64,000 nucleotides of DNA. Origin: Eledone cirrhosa (taxonomy: Eukaryota). Each line of letters starts with the position of its first letter. Position 1 is the stretch's first letter. Where the stretch lies: positions 370,202,001-370,266,000 of the forward strand of contig OZ024742.1 in NCBI GenBank assembly GCA_964016885.1, read 5' to 3'. The translations under genes were made by a program, and so were the position numbers. The notes beneath the pieces are model-generated. The model saw nothing but the letters and a program-made list of their open reading frames with translations. It searched no databases and was not told the DNA's origin. Below are positions 28,446-45,299 of this stretch, piece after piece.

Positions 28446-31400
28446 CCTCCATATTATAACACTGACATAGCCACCACCTCCTCCATATTATAACACTGAC
28501 ATAGCCACCACCTCCTCCATATTATAACACTGACATAACCACCACCTCCTCCATATTATAACACTGACATAACCACCACCTCCTCCATATTATCACACTG
28601 ACATAGCCACCACCACCTCCTCCATATTATAACACTGACATAACCACCACCTCCTCCATATTATAACACTGACATAGCCACCACCTTCCCCTCCATATTA
28701 TAACACTGACATAGCCACCTCCTCCCCCTCCATATTATAACACTGACATAGCCACCACCACCACCTCCATATTATAACACTAACATAACCACCACCTCCT
28801 CCATATTATAACACTGACATAGCCACCACCTCCTCCATATTATAACACTGACATAGCCACCACCACCTCCTCCATATTATAACACTGACATAACCACCAC
28901 CTCCTCTATATTATAACACTGACATAACCACCACCTCCTCCATATTATAACACTGACATAACCACCACCTCCTCCATATTATAACACTGACATAGCCACC
29001 ACCTCCTCCATATTATAACACTGACATAGCCACCACCACCTCCTCCATATTATAACACTGACATAGCCACCACCTCCTCCATATTATAACACTAACATAA
29101 CCACCACCTCCTCCATATTATAACACTGACATAACCACCACCTCCTCCATATTATAACACTGACATAACCACCACCTCCTCCATATTATATCACTGACAT
29201 AACCACCACCTCCTCCATATTATAACACTGACATAGCCACCACCTCCTCCATATTATAACACTGACATAACCACCACCTCCTCCATATTATAACACTAAC
29301 ATAACCACCACCTCCTCCATATTATAACACTGACATAACCACCACCTCCTCCATATTATAACACTGACATAACCACAACCCCCTCCTCCATATTATAACA
29401 CTGACATAACCACCACCTCCTCCATATTATAACACTAACATAACCACCACCTCCTCCATATTATAACACTGACATAACCACCACTTCCTCCATATTATAA
29501 CACTAACATAACCACCACCTCCTCCATATTATAACACTGACATAACCACCACCCCCTCCATATTATAACACTGACATAACCACCACCTCCTCCATATTAT
29601 AACACTGACATAACCACCACCACCTCCATATTATAACACTGACATAGCCACCACCACCTCCATATTATAACACTGACATAGCCACCACCACCTCCATATT
29701 ATAACACTGACATAGCCACCACCACCTCCATATTATAACACTGACATAGCCACCACCACCACCTCCATATTATAACACTGACATAACCACCACTTCCTCC
29801 ATATTATAACACTGACATAGCCACCACCCCCTCCTCCATATTATAACACTGACATAGCCACCACCTCCTCCATATTATAACACTGACATAGCCACCACCC
29901 CCTCCTCCATATTATAACACTGACATAGCCACCACCTTCCCCTCCATATTATAACACTGACATAGCCACCACCTTCCCCTCCATATTATAACACTGACAT
30001 AGCCACCACCTTCCCCTCCATATTATAACACTGACATAGCCACCACCTTCCCCTCCATATTATAACACTGACACAGCCACCCCCCCCCTCCATAGTATAA
30101 CACTGACATAACCACCACCTCCTCCATATTATAACACTAACATAACCACCACCTCCTCCATATTATAACACTGACATAACCACCACCTCCTCCATATTAT
30201 AACACTGACATAACCACCGCCTCCTCCATATTATAACACTGACATAACCACCACCTCCTCCATATTATAACACTGACATAGCCACCACCTCCTCCATATT
30301 ATAACACTGACATAGCCACCACCTCCCCCTCCATATTATAACACTGACATAGCCACCACCTCCTCCATATTATAACACTGACATAGCCACCACCCCCTCC
30401 TCCATATTATAACACTGACATAGCCACCACCTCCTCCATATTATAACACTGACATAGCCACCACCTCCTCCATATTATAACACTGACAGAGCCACCACCA
30501 CCTCCATATTATAACACTGACATAGCCACCACCTTCCCCTCCATATTATAACACTGACACAGCCACCACCTTCCCCTCCATATTATAACACTGACATAGC
30601 CACCACCCCCCCTCCATATTATAACACTGACATAGCCACCACCTCCTCCATATTATAACACTGACATAGCCACCACCACCTCCATATTATAACACTGACA
30701 TAACCACCACCTCCTCCATATTATAACACTGACATAACCACCACCTCCTCCATATTATAACACTGACATAGCCACCACCACCTCCATATTATAACACTGA
30801 CATAGCCACCACCCCCTCCTCCATATTATAACACTGACATAGCCACCACCTCCTCCATATTATAACACTGACATAGCCACCACCTCCCCCTCCATATTAT
30901 AACACTGACATAGCCACCACCTCCTCCATATTATAACACTGACATAGCCACCACCTCCTCCATATTATAACACTGACATAGCCACCACCTCCTCCTCCAT
31001 ATTATAACACTGACATAGCCACCACCACCTCCATATTATAACACTAACATAGCCACCACCCCCTCCATATTATAACACTGACATAACCACCACCTCCTCC
31101 ATATTATAACACTGACATAGCCACCACCTCCTCCATATTATAACACTGACATAACCACCTCCTCCTCCATATTATAACACTGACATAACCACCACCTCCT
31201 CCATATTATAACACTGACATAACCACCACCCCCTCCATATTATAACACTGACATAACCACCACCTCCTCCATATTATAACACTGACATAACCACCACCTC
31301 CTCCATATTATAACACTGACATAACCACCACGCCCTCCATATTATAACACTGACATAACCACCACCTCCTCCATATTATAACACTGACATAACCACCACC

Positions 31401-34400
31401 TCCTCCATATTATAACACTGACATAGCCACCACCACCTCCTCCATATTATAACACTGACATAGCCACCACCTCCTCCATATTATAACACTGACATAGCCA
31501 CCACCCCTCCATATTATAACACTGACATAGCCACCACCTCCTCCATATTATAACACTGACATAGCCACCACCTCCTCCATATTATAACACTGACATAACC
31601 ACCACCTCCTCCATATTATAACACTGACATAACCACCACCTCCTCCATATTATCACACTGACATAGCCACCACCACCTCCTCCATATTATAACACTGACA
31701 TAACCACCACCTCCTCCATATTATAACACTGACATAGCCACCACCTTCCCCTCCATATTATAACACTGACATAGCCACCTCCTCCCCCTCCATATTATAA
31801 CACTGACATAGCCACCACCACCACCTCCATATTATAACACTAACATAACCACCACCTCCTCCATATTATAACACTGACATAGCCACCACCTCCTCCATAT
31901 TATAACACTGACATAGCCACCACCACCTCCTCCATATTATAACACTGACATAACCACCACCTCCTCTATATTATAACACTGACATAACCACCACCTCCTC
32001 CATATTATAACACTGACATAACCACCACCTCCTCCATATTATAACACTGACATAGCCACCACCTCCTCCATATTATAACACTGACATAGCCACCACCACC
32101 TCCTCCATATTATAACACTGACATAGCCACCACCTCCTCCATATTATAACACTAACATAACCACCACCTCCTCCATATTATAACACTGACATAACCACCA
32201 CCTCCTCCATATTATAACACTGACATAACCACCACCTCCTCCATATTATATCACTGACATAACCACCACCTCCTCCATATTATAACACTGACATAGCCAC
32301 CACCTCCTCCATATTATAACACTGACATAACCACCACCTCCTCCATATTATAACACTAACATAACCACCACCTCCTCCATATTATAACACTGACATAACC
32401 ACCACCTCCTCCATATTATAACACTGACATAACCACAACCCCCTCCTCCATATTATAACACTGACATAACCACCACCTCCTCCATATTATAACACTAACA
32501 TAACCACCACCTCCTCCATATTATAACACTGACATAACCACCACTTCCTCCATATTATAACACTAACATAACCACCACCTCCTCCATATTATAACACTGA
32601 CATAACCACCACCCCCTCCATATTATAACACTGACATAACCACCACCTCCTCCATATTATAACACTGACATAACCACCACCACCTCCATATTATAACACT
32701 GACATAGCCACCACCACCTCCATATTATAACACTGACATAGCCACCACCACCTCCATATTATAACACTGACATAGCCACCACCACCTCCATATTATAACA
32801 CTGACATAGCCACCACCACCACCTCCATATTATAACACTGACATAACCACCACTTCCTCCATATTATAACACTGACATAGCCACCACCCCCTCCTCCATA
32901 TTATAACACTGACATAGCCACCACCTCCTCCATATTATAACACTGACATAGCCACCACCCCCTCCTCCATATTATAACACTGACATAGCCACCACCTTCC
33001 CCTCCATATTATAACACTGACATAGCCACCACCTTCCCCTCCATATTATAACACTGACATAGCCACCACCTTCCCCTCCATATTATAACACTGACATAGC
33101 CACCACCTTCCCCTCCATATTATAACACTGACACAGCCACCCCCCCCCTCCATAGTATAACACTGACATAACCACCACCTCCTCCATATTATAACACTAA
33201 CATAACCACCACCTCCTCCATATTATAACACTGACATAACCACCACCTCCTCCATATTATAACACTGACATAACCACCGCCTCCTCCATATTATAACACT
33301 GACATAACCACCACCTCCTCCATATTATAACACTGACATAGCCACCACCTCCTCCATATTATAACACTGACATAGCCACCACCTCCCCCTCCATATTATA
33401 ACACTGACATAGCCACCACCTCCTCCATATTATAACACTGACATAGCCACCACCCCCTCCTCCATATTATAACACTGACATAGCCACCACCTCCTCCATA
33501 TTATAACACTGACATAGCCACCACCTCCTCCATATTATAACACTGACAGAGCCACCACCACCTCCATATTATAACACTGACATAGCCACCACCTTCCCCT
33601 CCATATTATAACACTGACACAGCCACCACCTTCCCCTCCATATTATAACACTGACATAGCCACCACCCCCCCTCCATATTATAACACTGACATAGCCACC
33701 ACCTCCTCCATATTATAACACTGACATAGCCACCACCACCTCCATATTATAACACTGACATAACCACCACCTCCTCCATATTATAACACTGACATAACCA
33801 CCACCTCCTCCATATTATAACACTGACATAGCCACCACCACCTCCATATTATAACACTGACATAGCCACCACCCCCTCCTCCATATTATAACACTGACAT
33901 AGCCACCACCTCCTCCATATTATAACACTGACATAGCCACCACCTCCCCCTCCATATTATAACACTGACATAGCCACCACCTCCTCCATATTATAACACT
34001 GACATAGCCACCACCTCCTCCATATTATAACACTGACATAGCCACCACCTCCTCCTCCATATTATAACACTGACATAGCCACCACCACCTCCATATTATA
34101 ACACTAACATAGCCACCACCCCCTCCATATTATAACACTGACATAACCACCACCTCCTCCATATTATAACACTGACATAGCCACCACCTCCTCCATATTA
34201 TAACACTGACATAACCACCTCCTCCTCCATATTATAACACTGACATAACCACCACCTCCTCCATATTATAACACTGACATAACCACCACCCCCTCCATAT
34301 TATAACACTGACATAACCACCACCTCCTCCATATTATAACACTGACATAACCACCACCTCCTCCATATTATAACACTGACATAACCACCACGCCCTCCAT

Positions 34401-34589
34401 ATTATAACACTGACATAACCACCACCTCCTCCATATTATAACACTGACATAACCACCACCTCCTCCATATTATAACACTGACATAGCCACCACCACCTCC
34501 TCCATATTATAACACTGACATAGCCACCACCTCCTCCATATTATAACACTGACATAGCCACCACCCCTCCATATTATAACACTGACATA
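28446..34589. repeat. Higher-order tandem duplication, period 3060 bp, apparently identical copies
   Basis: Printed lines 28501-31441 match lines 31561-34501, including private variants tatcacactg, tatcactg, catagtataa, ccaccgc, gacagag and cacgcccc. Confidence 0.93.
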
Positions 34590-37500
34590 ACCACCACCCC
34601 TCCATATTATAACACTGACATAGCCACCACCACCTCCATATTATAACACTAACATATCCACCACCTCCTCCATATTATAACACTGACATAACCACCACCT
34701 CCTCCATATTATAACAATGACATAACCACCACCCCCTCCATATTATAACACTGACATAACCACCACCTCCTCCATATTATAACACTGACATAACCACCAC
34801 CCCCTCCATATTATAACACTGACATAACCACCACCTCCTCCATATTATAACACTGACATAACCACCACCCCTCCATATTATAACACTGACATAACCACCA
34901 CCTCCTCCATATTATAACACTGACATAGCCACCACCTCCTCCATATTATAACACTGACATAACCACCACCTCCTCCATATTATAACACTGACATAGCCAC
35001 CACCTCCTCCATATTATAACACTGACATAACCACCACCTCCTCCATATTATAACACTGACATAACCACCACCCCTCCATATTATAACACTGACATAACCA
35101 CCACCACCTCCATATTATAACACTGACATAGCCACCTCCCCCTCCATATTATAACACTGACATAGCCACCTCCCCCTCCATATTATAACACTGACATAGC
35201 CACCACCACCACCTCCATATTATAACACTGACATAGCCACCTCCTCCCCTCCATATCATAACACTGACATAGCCACCTCCTCCTCCATATTATAACACTG
35301 ACATAGCCACCACCCCTCCATATTATAACACTGACATAGCCACCACCTTCCCCTCCATATTATAACACTGACATAGCCACCACCTTCCCCTCCATATTAT
35401 AACACTGACATAGCCACCACCTCCTCCATATTATAACACTGACATAGCCACCACCTTCCCCTCCATATTATAACACTGACATAGCCACCACCTTCCCCTC
35501 CATATTATAACACTGACATAGCCACCACCTTCCCCTCCATATTATAACACTGACATAGCCACCACCTTCCCCTCCATATTATAACACTGACATAGCCACC
35601 ACCTCCTCCATATTATAACACTGACATAACCACCACCACCTCCATATTATAACACTGACATAGCCACCTCCCCCTCCATATTATAACACTGACATAGCCA
35701 CCTCCCCCTCCATATTATAACACTGACATAGCCACCACCACCACCTCCATATTATAACACTGACATAGCCACCTCCTCCCCCTCCATATTATAACACTGA
35801 CATAGCCACCTCCTCCTCCATATTATAACACTGACATAGCCACCACCCCTCCATATTATAACACTGACATAGCCACCACCTTCCCCTCCATATTATAACA
35901 CTGACATAGCCACCACCACCTCCATATTATAACACTGACATAGCCACCACCTTCCCCTCCATATTATAACACTGACATAGCCACCACCACCTCCATATTA
36001 TAACACTGACATAGCCACCACCTTCCCCTCCATATTATAACACTGACATAACCACCACCTCCCCCATATTATAACACTGACATAGCCACCACCTCCTCCA
36101 TATTATAACACTGACACAGCCACCACCTCCTCCATATTATAACACTGACATAGCCACCACCTTCCCCTCCATATTATAACACTGACATAGCCACCACCAC
36201 CTCCATATTATAACACTGACATAACCACCACCTCCTCCATATTATAACACTGACATAGCCACCACCTCCCCCTCCATATTATAACACTGACATAGCCACC
36301 ACCTTCCCCTCCATATTATAACACTGACATAGCCACCACCTTCCCCTCCATATTATAACACTGACATAGCCACCACCACCACCTCCATATTATAACACTG
36401 ACATAGCCACCACCTTCCCCTCCATATTATAACACTGACATAGCCACCACCCCCTCCATATTATAACACTGACATAGCCACCACCTCCCCCTCCATATTA
36501 TAACACTGACATAGCCACCACCCCCTCCATATTATAACACTGACATAGCCACCACCACCTCCATATTATAACACTGACATAGCCACCACCTTCCCCTCCA
36601 TATTATAACACTGACATAGCCACCACCACCTCCATATTATAACACTGACATAACCACCACCTCCTCCATATTATAACACTGACATAGCCACCACCTCCTC
36701 CATATTATAACACTGACATAGCCACCACCTTCCCCTCCATATTATAACACTGACATAGCCACCACCCCTCCATATTATAATACTGACATAGCCACCACCT
36801 TCCCCTCCATATTATAACACTGACATAGCCACCACCACCTCCATATTATAACACTGACATAGCCACCACCTTCCCCTCCATATTATAACACTGACATAGC
36901 CACCACCACCTCCATATTATAACACTGACATAGCCACCACCTTCCCCTCCATATTATAACACTGACATAGCCACCACCACCTCCATATTATAACACTGAC
37001 ATAACCACCACCTCCTCCATATTATAACACTGACATAGCCACCACCTCCTCCATATTATAACACTGACATAGCCACCACCTTCCCCTCCATATTATAACA
37101 CTGACATAGCCACCACCTTCCCCTCCATATTATAACACTGACATAGCCACCACCTCCTCCATATTATAACACTGACATAACCACCTCCTCCTCCATATTA
37201 TAACACTGACATAGCCACCACCTTCCCCTCCATATTATAACACTGACATAACCACCACCTCCTCCATATTATAACACTGACATAGCCACCACCTCCTCCA
37301 TATTATAACACTGACATAACCACCACCTTCCCCTCCATATTATAACACTGACATAGCCACCACCTTCCCCTCCATATTATAACATTGACATAACCACCAC
37401 CTCCTCCATATTATAACACTGACATAGCCACCACCTCCTCCATATTATAACACTGACATAACCACCACCTCCCCTCCATATTATAACACTGACATAGCCA

Positions 37501-40500
37501 CCACCTTCCCCTCCATATTATAACACTGACATAGCCACCACCTTCCCCTCCATATTATAACACTGACATAGCCACCACCTTCCCCTCCATATTATAACAC
37601 TGACATAGCCACCACCTTCCCCTCCATATTATAACACTGACATAGCCACCACCCCCTCCTCCATATTATAACACTGACATAACCTCCTCCCCCTCCATAT
37701 TATAACACTGACATAGCCACCTCCTGCCCCTCCATATTATAACACTGACACAGCCACCACCCCCTCCATATTATAACACTGACATAACCACCTTCCCCTC
37801 CATATTATAACACTGACATAGCCACCACCTCCTCCCCCTCCATATTATAACACTGACATAGCCACCACCTCCTCCCCCTCCATATTATAACAGACATAGC
37901 CACCACCTTCCCCTCCATATTATAACACTGACATAGCCACCACCTCCCCCTCCATATTATAACACTGACATAGCCACCACCCCCTCCTCCATATTATAAC
38001 ACTGACATAGCCACCACCACCACCTCCATATTATAACACTGACATAGCCACCACCCCCTCCATATTATAACACTGACATAGCCACCACCTTCCCCTCCAT
38101 ATTATAACACTGACATAGCCACCACCACCCCCTCCATATTATAACACTGACATAGCCACCACCTTCCCCTCCATATTATAACACTGACATAGCCACCACC
38201 TCCCCCTCCATATTATAACACTGACATAGCCACCACCACCCCCTCCATATTATAACACTGACATAGCCACCTCCTCCCCCTCCATATTATAACACTGACA
38301 TAGCCACCACCACCACCTCCATATTATAACACTGACATAGCCACCTCCTCCCCCTCCATATTATAACACTGACATAGCCACCTCCTCCCCCTCCATATTA
38401 TAACACTGACATAGCCACCACCTTCCCCTCCATATTATAACACTGACATAGCCACCACCACCCCCTCCATATTATAACACTGACATAGCCACCACCTCCC
38501 CCTCCATATTATAACACTGACATAGCCACCACCACCCCCTCCATATTATAACACTGACATAGCCACCTCCTCCCCCTCCATATTATAACACTGACATAGC
38601 CACCACCTTCCCCTCCATATTATAACACTGACATAGCCACCACCACCCCCTCCATATTATAACACTGACATAGCCACCTCCTCCCCCTCCATATTATAAC
38701 ACTGACATAGCCACCTCCTCCCCCTCCATATTATAACACTGACATAGCCACCACCTTCCCCTCCATATTATAACACTGACATAGCCACCACCACCCCCTC
38801 CATATTATAACACTGACATAGCCACCACCACCCCCTCCATATTATAACACTGACATAGCCACCACGTCCCCCTCCATATTATAACACTGACATAGCCACC
38901 ACCACCTTCCCCTCCATATTATAACACTGACATAGCCACCACCTTTCCCTCCATATTATAACACTGACATAACCACCACCACCACCTCCATATTATAACA
39001 CTGACACAGCCACCACCCCCTCCATATTATAACATTGACATAGCCACCACCACCACCTCCATATTATAACACTGACATAGCCACCACCACCACCTCCATA
39101 TTATAACACTGACACAGCCACCACCCCCTCCATATTATAACATTGACATAGCCACCACCACCTCCATATTATAACACTGACATAACCACCACCCCCTCCA
39201 CATTATAACACTGACACAGCCACCACCCCCTCCATATTATAACACTGACATAGCCACCACCACCACCTCCATATTATAACACTGACACAGCCACCACCCC
39301 CTCCATATTATAACATTGACATAGCCACCACCACCTCCATATTATAACACTGACATAACCACCACCCCCTCCATATTATAACACTGACATAGCCACCACC
39401 ACCTCCATATTATAACACTGACATAACCACCACCTCCTCCATATTATAACACTGACACAGCCACCCCCCCTCCATATTATAACACTGACATAACCACCAC
39501 CTCCTCCATATTATAACACTGACATAACCACCTCCTCCCCCTCCATATTATAACACTGACATAGCCACCACCCTCTCCATATTATAACACTGACATAGCC
39601 ACCACCTCCCCCTCCATATTATAACACTGACATAGCCACCACCCCCTCCATATTATAACACTGACATAGCCACCACCACCTCCATATTATAACACTGACA
39701 TAGCCACCACAACCTCCATATTATAACACTGACATAGCCACCACCACCACCTCCATATTATAACACTGACATAGCCACCACCACCACCTCCATATTATAA
39801 CACTGACATAGCCACCACCCCCTCCATATTATAACACTGACATAGCCACCACCCCCTCCATATTATAACACTGACATAGCCACCACCACCTCCATATTAT
39901 AACACTGACATAGCCACCACCACCTCCATATTATAACACTGACATAGCCACCACCACCTCCTCCATATTATAACACTGACATAGCCACCACCCCCTCCAT
40001 ATTATAACACTGACATAGCCACCACCACCTCCATATTATAACACTGACATAGCCACCACCACCTCCATATTATAACACTGACATAGCCACCACCACCTCC
40101 ATATTATAACACTGACATAGCCACCACCACCTCCTCCATATTATAACACTGACATAGCCACCACCCCCTCCATATTATAACACTGACATAGCCACCACCA
40201 CCTCCATATTATAACACTGACATAACCACCACCACCTCCATATTATAACACTAACAGCCACCACCTTCCCCTCCATATTATAACACTGACATAGCCACCA
40301 CCACCTCCTCCATATTATAACACTGACATAGCCACCACCCCCTCCATATTATAACACTGACATAGCCACCACCACCTCCATATTATAACACTGACATAGC
40401 CACCACCCCCTCCATATTATAACACTGACATAGCCACCACCACCTCCATATTATAACACTGACATAGCCACCACCACCTCCTCCATATTATAACACTGAC

Positions 40501-43500
40501 ATAGCCACCACCCCCTCCATATTATAACACTGACATAGCCACCACCACCTCCATATTATAACACTGACATAACCACCACCACCTCCATATTATAACACTA
40601 ACAGCCACCACCTTCCCCTCCATATTATAACACTGACATAGCCACCACCACCTCCTCCATATTATAACACTGACATAGCCACCACCCCCTCCATATTATA
40701 ACACTGACATAGCCACCACCACCTCCATATTATAACACTGACATAGCCACCACCCCCTCCATATTATAACACTGACATAGCCACCACCACCTCCATATTA
40801 TAACACTGACATAACCACCACCACCTCCATATTATAACACTAACAGCCACCACCTTCCCCTCCATATTATAACACTGACATAGCCACCACCACCTCCTCC
40901 ATATTATAACACTGACATAGCCACCACCCCCTCCATATTATAACACTGACATAGCCACCACCTTCCCCTCCATATTATAACACTGACGTAGCCACCTCCT
41001 CCCCCTCCATATTATAACACTGACATAGCCACCACCCCCTCCATATTATAACACTGACATAGCCACCACCTTCCCCTCCATATTATAACACTGACATAGC
41101 CACCACCCCCTCCATATTATAACACTGACATAGCCACCACCTTCCCCTCCATATTATAACACTGACATAACCACCACCCCCTCCATATTATAACACTGAC
41201 ATAGCCACCACCCCCTCCTCCATATTATAACACTGACATAGCCACCACCACCACCTCCATATTATAACACTGACATAGCCACCTCCTTCCCCTCCATATT
41301 ATAACACTGACATAACCACCACCCCCTCCATATTATAACACTGACATAGCCACCACCACCTCCTCCATATTATAACACTGACATAGCCACCACCCCCTCC
41401 ATATTATAACACTGACATAGCCACCACCACCTCCATATTATAACACTGACATAGCCACCACCACCTCCATATTATAACACTGACATAGCCACCACCACCA
41501 CCTCCATATTATAACACTGACATAGCCACCACCACCTCCATATTATAACACTGACATAGCCACCACCACCTCCTCCATATTATAACACTGACATAGCCAC
41601 CACCACCTCCATATTATAACACTGACACAGCCACCACCCCCTCCATATTATAACACTGACATAACCACCACCTCCTCCATATTATAACACTGACATAGCC
41701 ACCACCCCCTCCATATTATAACACTGACATAGCCACCACCTTCCCCTCCATATTATAACACTGACATAGCCACCACCACCTCCATATTATAACACTGCCA
41801 TAGCCACCTCCCCCTCCATATTATAACACTGACATAGCCACCACCACCCCCTCCATATTATAATACTGACATAGCCACCACCTCCCCCTCCATATTATAA
41901 CACTGACATAGCCACCACCCCCTCCATATTATAACACTGACATAGCCACCACCACCTCCATATTATAACACTGACATAGCCACCACCTCCCCCTCCATAT
42001 TATAACACTGACATAGCCACCACCTCCATATTATAACACTGACATAGCCACCACCACCACCTCCATATTGTAACACTGACATAGCCACCACCACCTCCAT
42101 AATATAACACTGACATAGCCACCACCACCACCTCCATATTATAACACTGACATAGCCACCACCCCCTCCATATTATAACACTGACATAGCCACCACCTTC
42201 CCCTCCATATTATAACACTGACATAGCCACCACCACCTCCATATTATAACACTGACATAGCCACCACCACCTCCATATTATAACACTGACATAGCCACCA
42301 CCACCTCCATATTATAACACTGACATAGCCACCACCTCCTCCATATTATAACACTGACATAGCCACCACCACCTCCTCCATATTATAACACTGACATAAC
42401 CACCACCTCCTCCATATTATAACACTGACATAGCCACCTCCTCCCCCTCCATATTATAACACTGACATAGCCACCACCACCTCCATATTATAACACTGAC
42501 ATAGCCACCTCCTCCCCCTACATATTATAACACTAACATAGCCACCACCACCTCCATATTATAACACTGACATAGCCTCCACCACCTCCATATTATAACA
42601 CTGACATAGCCACCACCTTCCCCTCCATATTATAACACTGACATAGCCTCCACCACCTCCATATTATAACACTGACATAGCCACCACCTGCCCCCTCCAT
42701 ATTATAACACTGACATAGCCACTACCTCCCCCTCCATATTATAACATTGACATAGCCACCACCTCCCCCTCCATATTATAACACTGACATAGCCACCACC
42801 ACCCCCTCCATATTATAACACTGACATAGCCACCACCTTCCCCTCCATATTATAACACTGACATAGCCACCACCTGCCCCCTCCATATTATAACACTGAC
42901 ATAGCCACTACCTCCCCCTCCATATTATAACACTGACATAGCCACCACCTCCCCCTCCATATTATAACACTGACATAGCCACCACCTTCCCCTCCATATT
43001 ATAACACTGACATAGCCACCACCTTCCCCTCCATATTATAACACTGACATAGCCACCACCTTCCCCTCCATATTATAACACTGACATAGCCACCACCACC
43101 TCCTCCATATTATAACACTGACATAGCCACCACCTCCCCCATATTATAACACTGACATAGCCACCACCTTCCCCTCCATATTATAACACTGACATAGCCA
43201 CCACCTTCCCCTCCATATTATAACACTGACATAGCCACCACCTCCCCCTCCATATTATAACACTGACATAGCCACCACCACCCCCTCCATATTATAACAC
43301 TGACATAGCCACCACCTTCCCCTCCATATTATAACACTGACATAGCCACCACCTTCCCCTCCATATTATAACACTGACATAGCCACCACCTTCCCCTCCA
43401 TATTATAACACTGACATAGCCACCACCTTCCCCTCCATATTATAACACTGACATAGCCACCACCTTCCCCTCCATATTATAACACTGACATAGCCACCAC

Positions 43501-45299
43501 CCCCCCCCTCCATATTATAACACTGACATAGCCACCACCTCCTCCATATTATAACACTGACATAACCACCACCTCCTCCATATTATAACACTGACATAAC
43601 CACCTTCCCCTCCATATTATAACACTGACATAGACACCACCTTCCCCTCCATATTATAACACTGACATAGCCACCACCACCCCCTCCATATTATAACACT
43701 GACATAGCCACCACCACCTCCATATTATAACACTGACATAGCCACCACCTGCCCCCTCCATATTATAACACTGACATAGCCTCCACCTCCCCCTCCATAT
43801 TATAACACTGACATAGCCACCACCTCCCCCATATTATAACACTGACATAGCCTCCACCTCCCCCTCCATATTATAACACTGACACAGCCACCACCCCCTC
43901 CATATTATAACACTGACACAGCCACCACCCCCTCCATATTATAACATTGACATAGCCACCACCACCTCCATATTATAACACTGACATAACCACCACCCCC
44001 TCCATATTATAACACTGACATAGCCACCACCACCTCCATATTATAACACTGACATAACCACCACCTCCTCCATAATATAACACTGACACAGCCACCACCC
44101 CCTCCATATTATAACACTGACATAACCACCACCTCCTCCATATTATAACACTGACATAACCACCACCTCCTCCATATTATAACACTGACATAGCCACCAC
44201 CCCTCCATATTATAACACTGACATAGCCACCACCTTCCCCTCCATATTATAACACTGACATAGCCACCACCACCTCCATATTATAACACTGCCATAGCCA
44301 CCACCACCTCCATATTATAACACTGACATAGCCACCACCCTCTCCATATTATAACACTGACATAGCCACCACCTCCCCCTCCATATTATAACACTGACAT
44401 AGCCACCACCACCCCCTCCATATTATAATACTGACGTAGCCACCACCTCCCCCTCCATATTATAACACTGACATAGCCACCACCCCCTCCATATTATAAC
44501 ACTGACATAGCCACCACCACCTCCATATTATAACACTGACATAGCCACCACAACCTCCATATTATAACACTGACATAGCCACCACCACCACCTCCATATT
44601 ATAACACTGACATAGCCACCACCCCCTCCATATTATAACAATGACATAGCCACCACCACCTACATATTATAACACTGACATAGCCACCACCACCTCCATA
44701 TTATAACACTGACATAGCCACCACCACCTCCATATTATAACACTGACATAGCCACCACCACCTACATATTATAACACTGACATAGCCACCACCACCTCCA
44801 TATTATAACACTGACATAGCCACCACAACCTCCATATTATAACACTGACATAGCCACCACCACCTCCATATTATAACACTGACATAGCCACCACAACCTC
44901 CATATTATAACACTGACATAACCACCACCACCTCCATATTATAACACTGACATAGCCACCACAACCTCCATATTATAACACTGACATAGCCACCACCACC
45001 TCCATATTATAACACTGACACAGCCACCACCACCTCCATATTATAACACTGACATAGCCACCACCCCCTCCTCCATATTATAACACTGACATAGCCACCA
45101 CAACCTCCATATTATAACACTGACATAGCCACCACCACCTCCATATTATAACACTAACATAGCCACCACCTTCCCCTCCATATTATAACACTGACATAGC
45201 CACCACCACCTCCTCCATATTATAACACTGACATAGCCACCACCCCCTCCATATTATAACACTGACATAGCCACCACCTTCCCCTCCATATTATAACAC

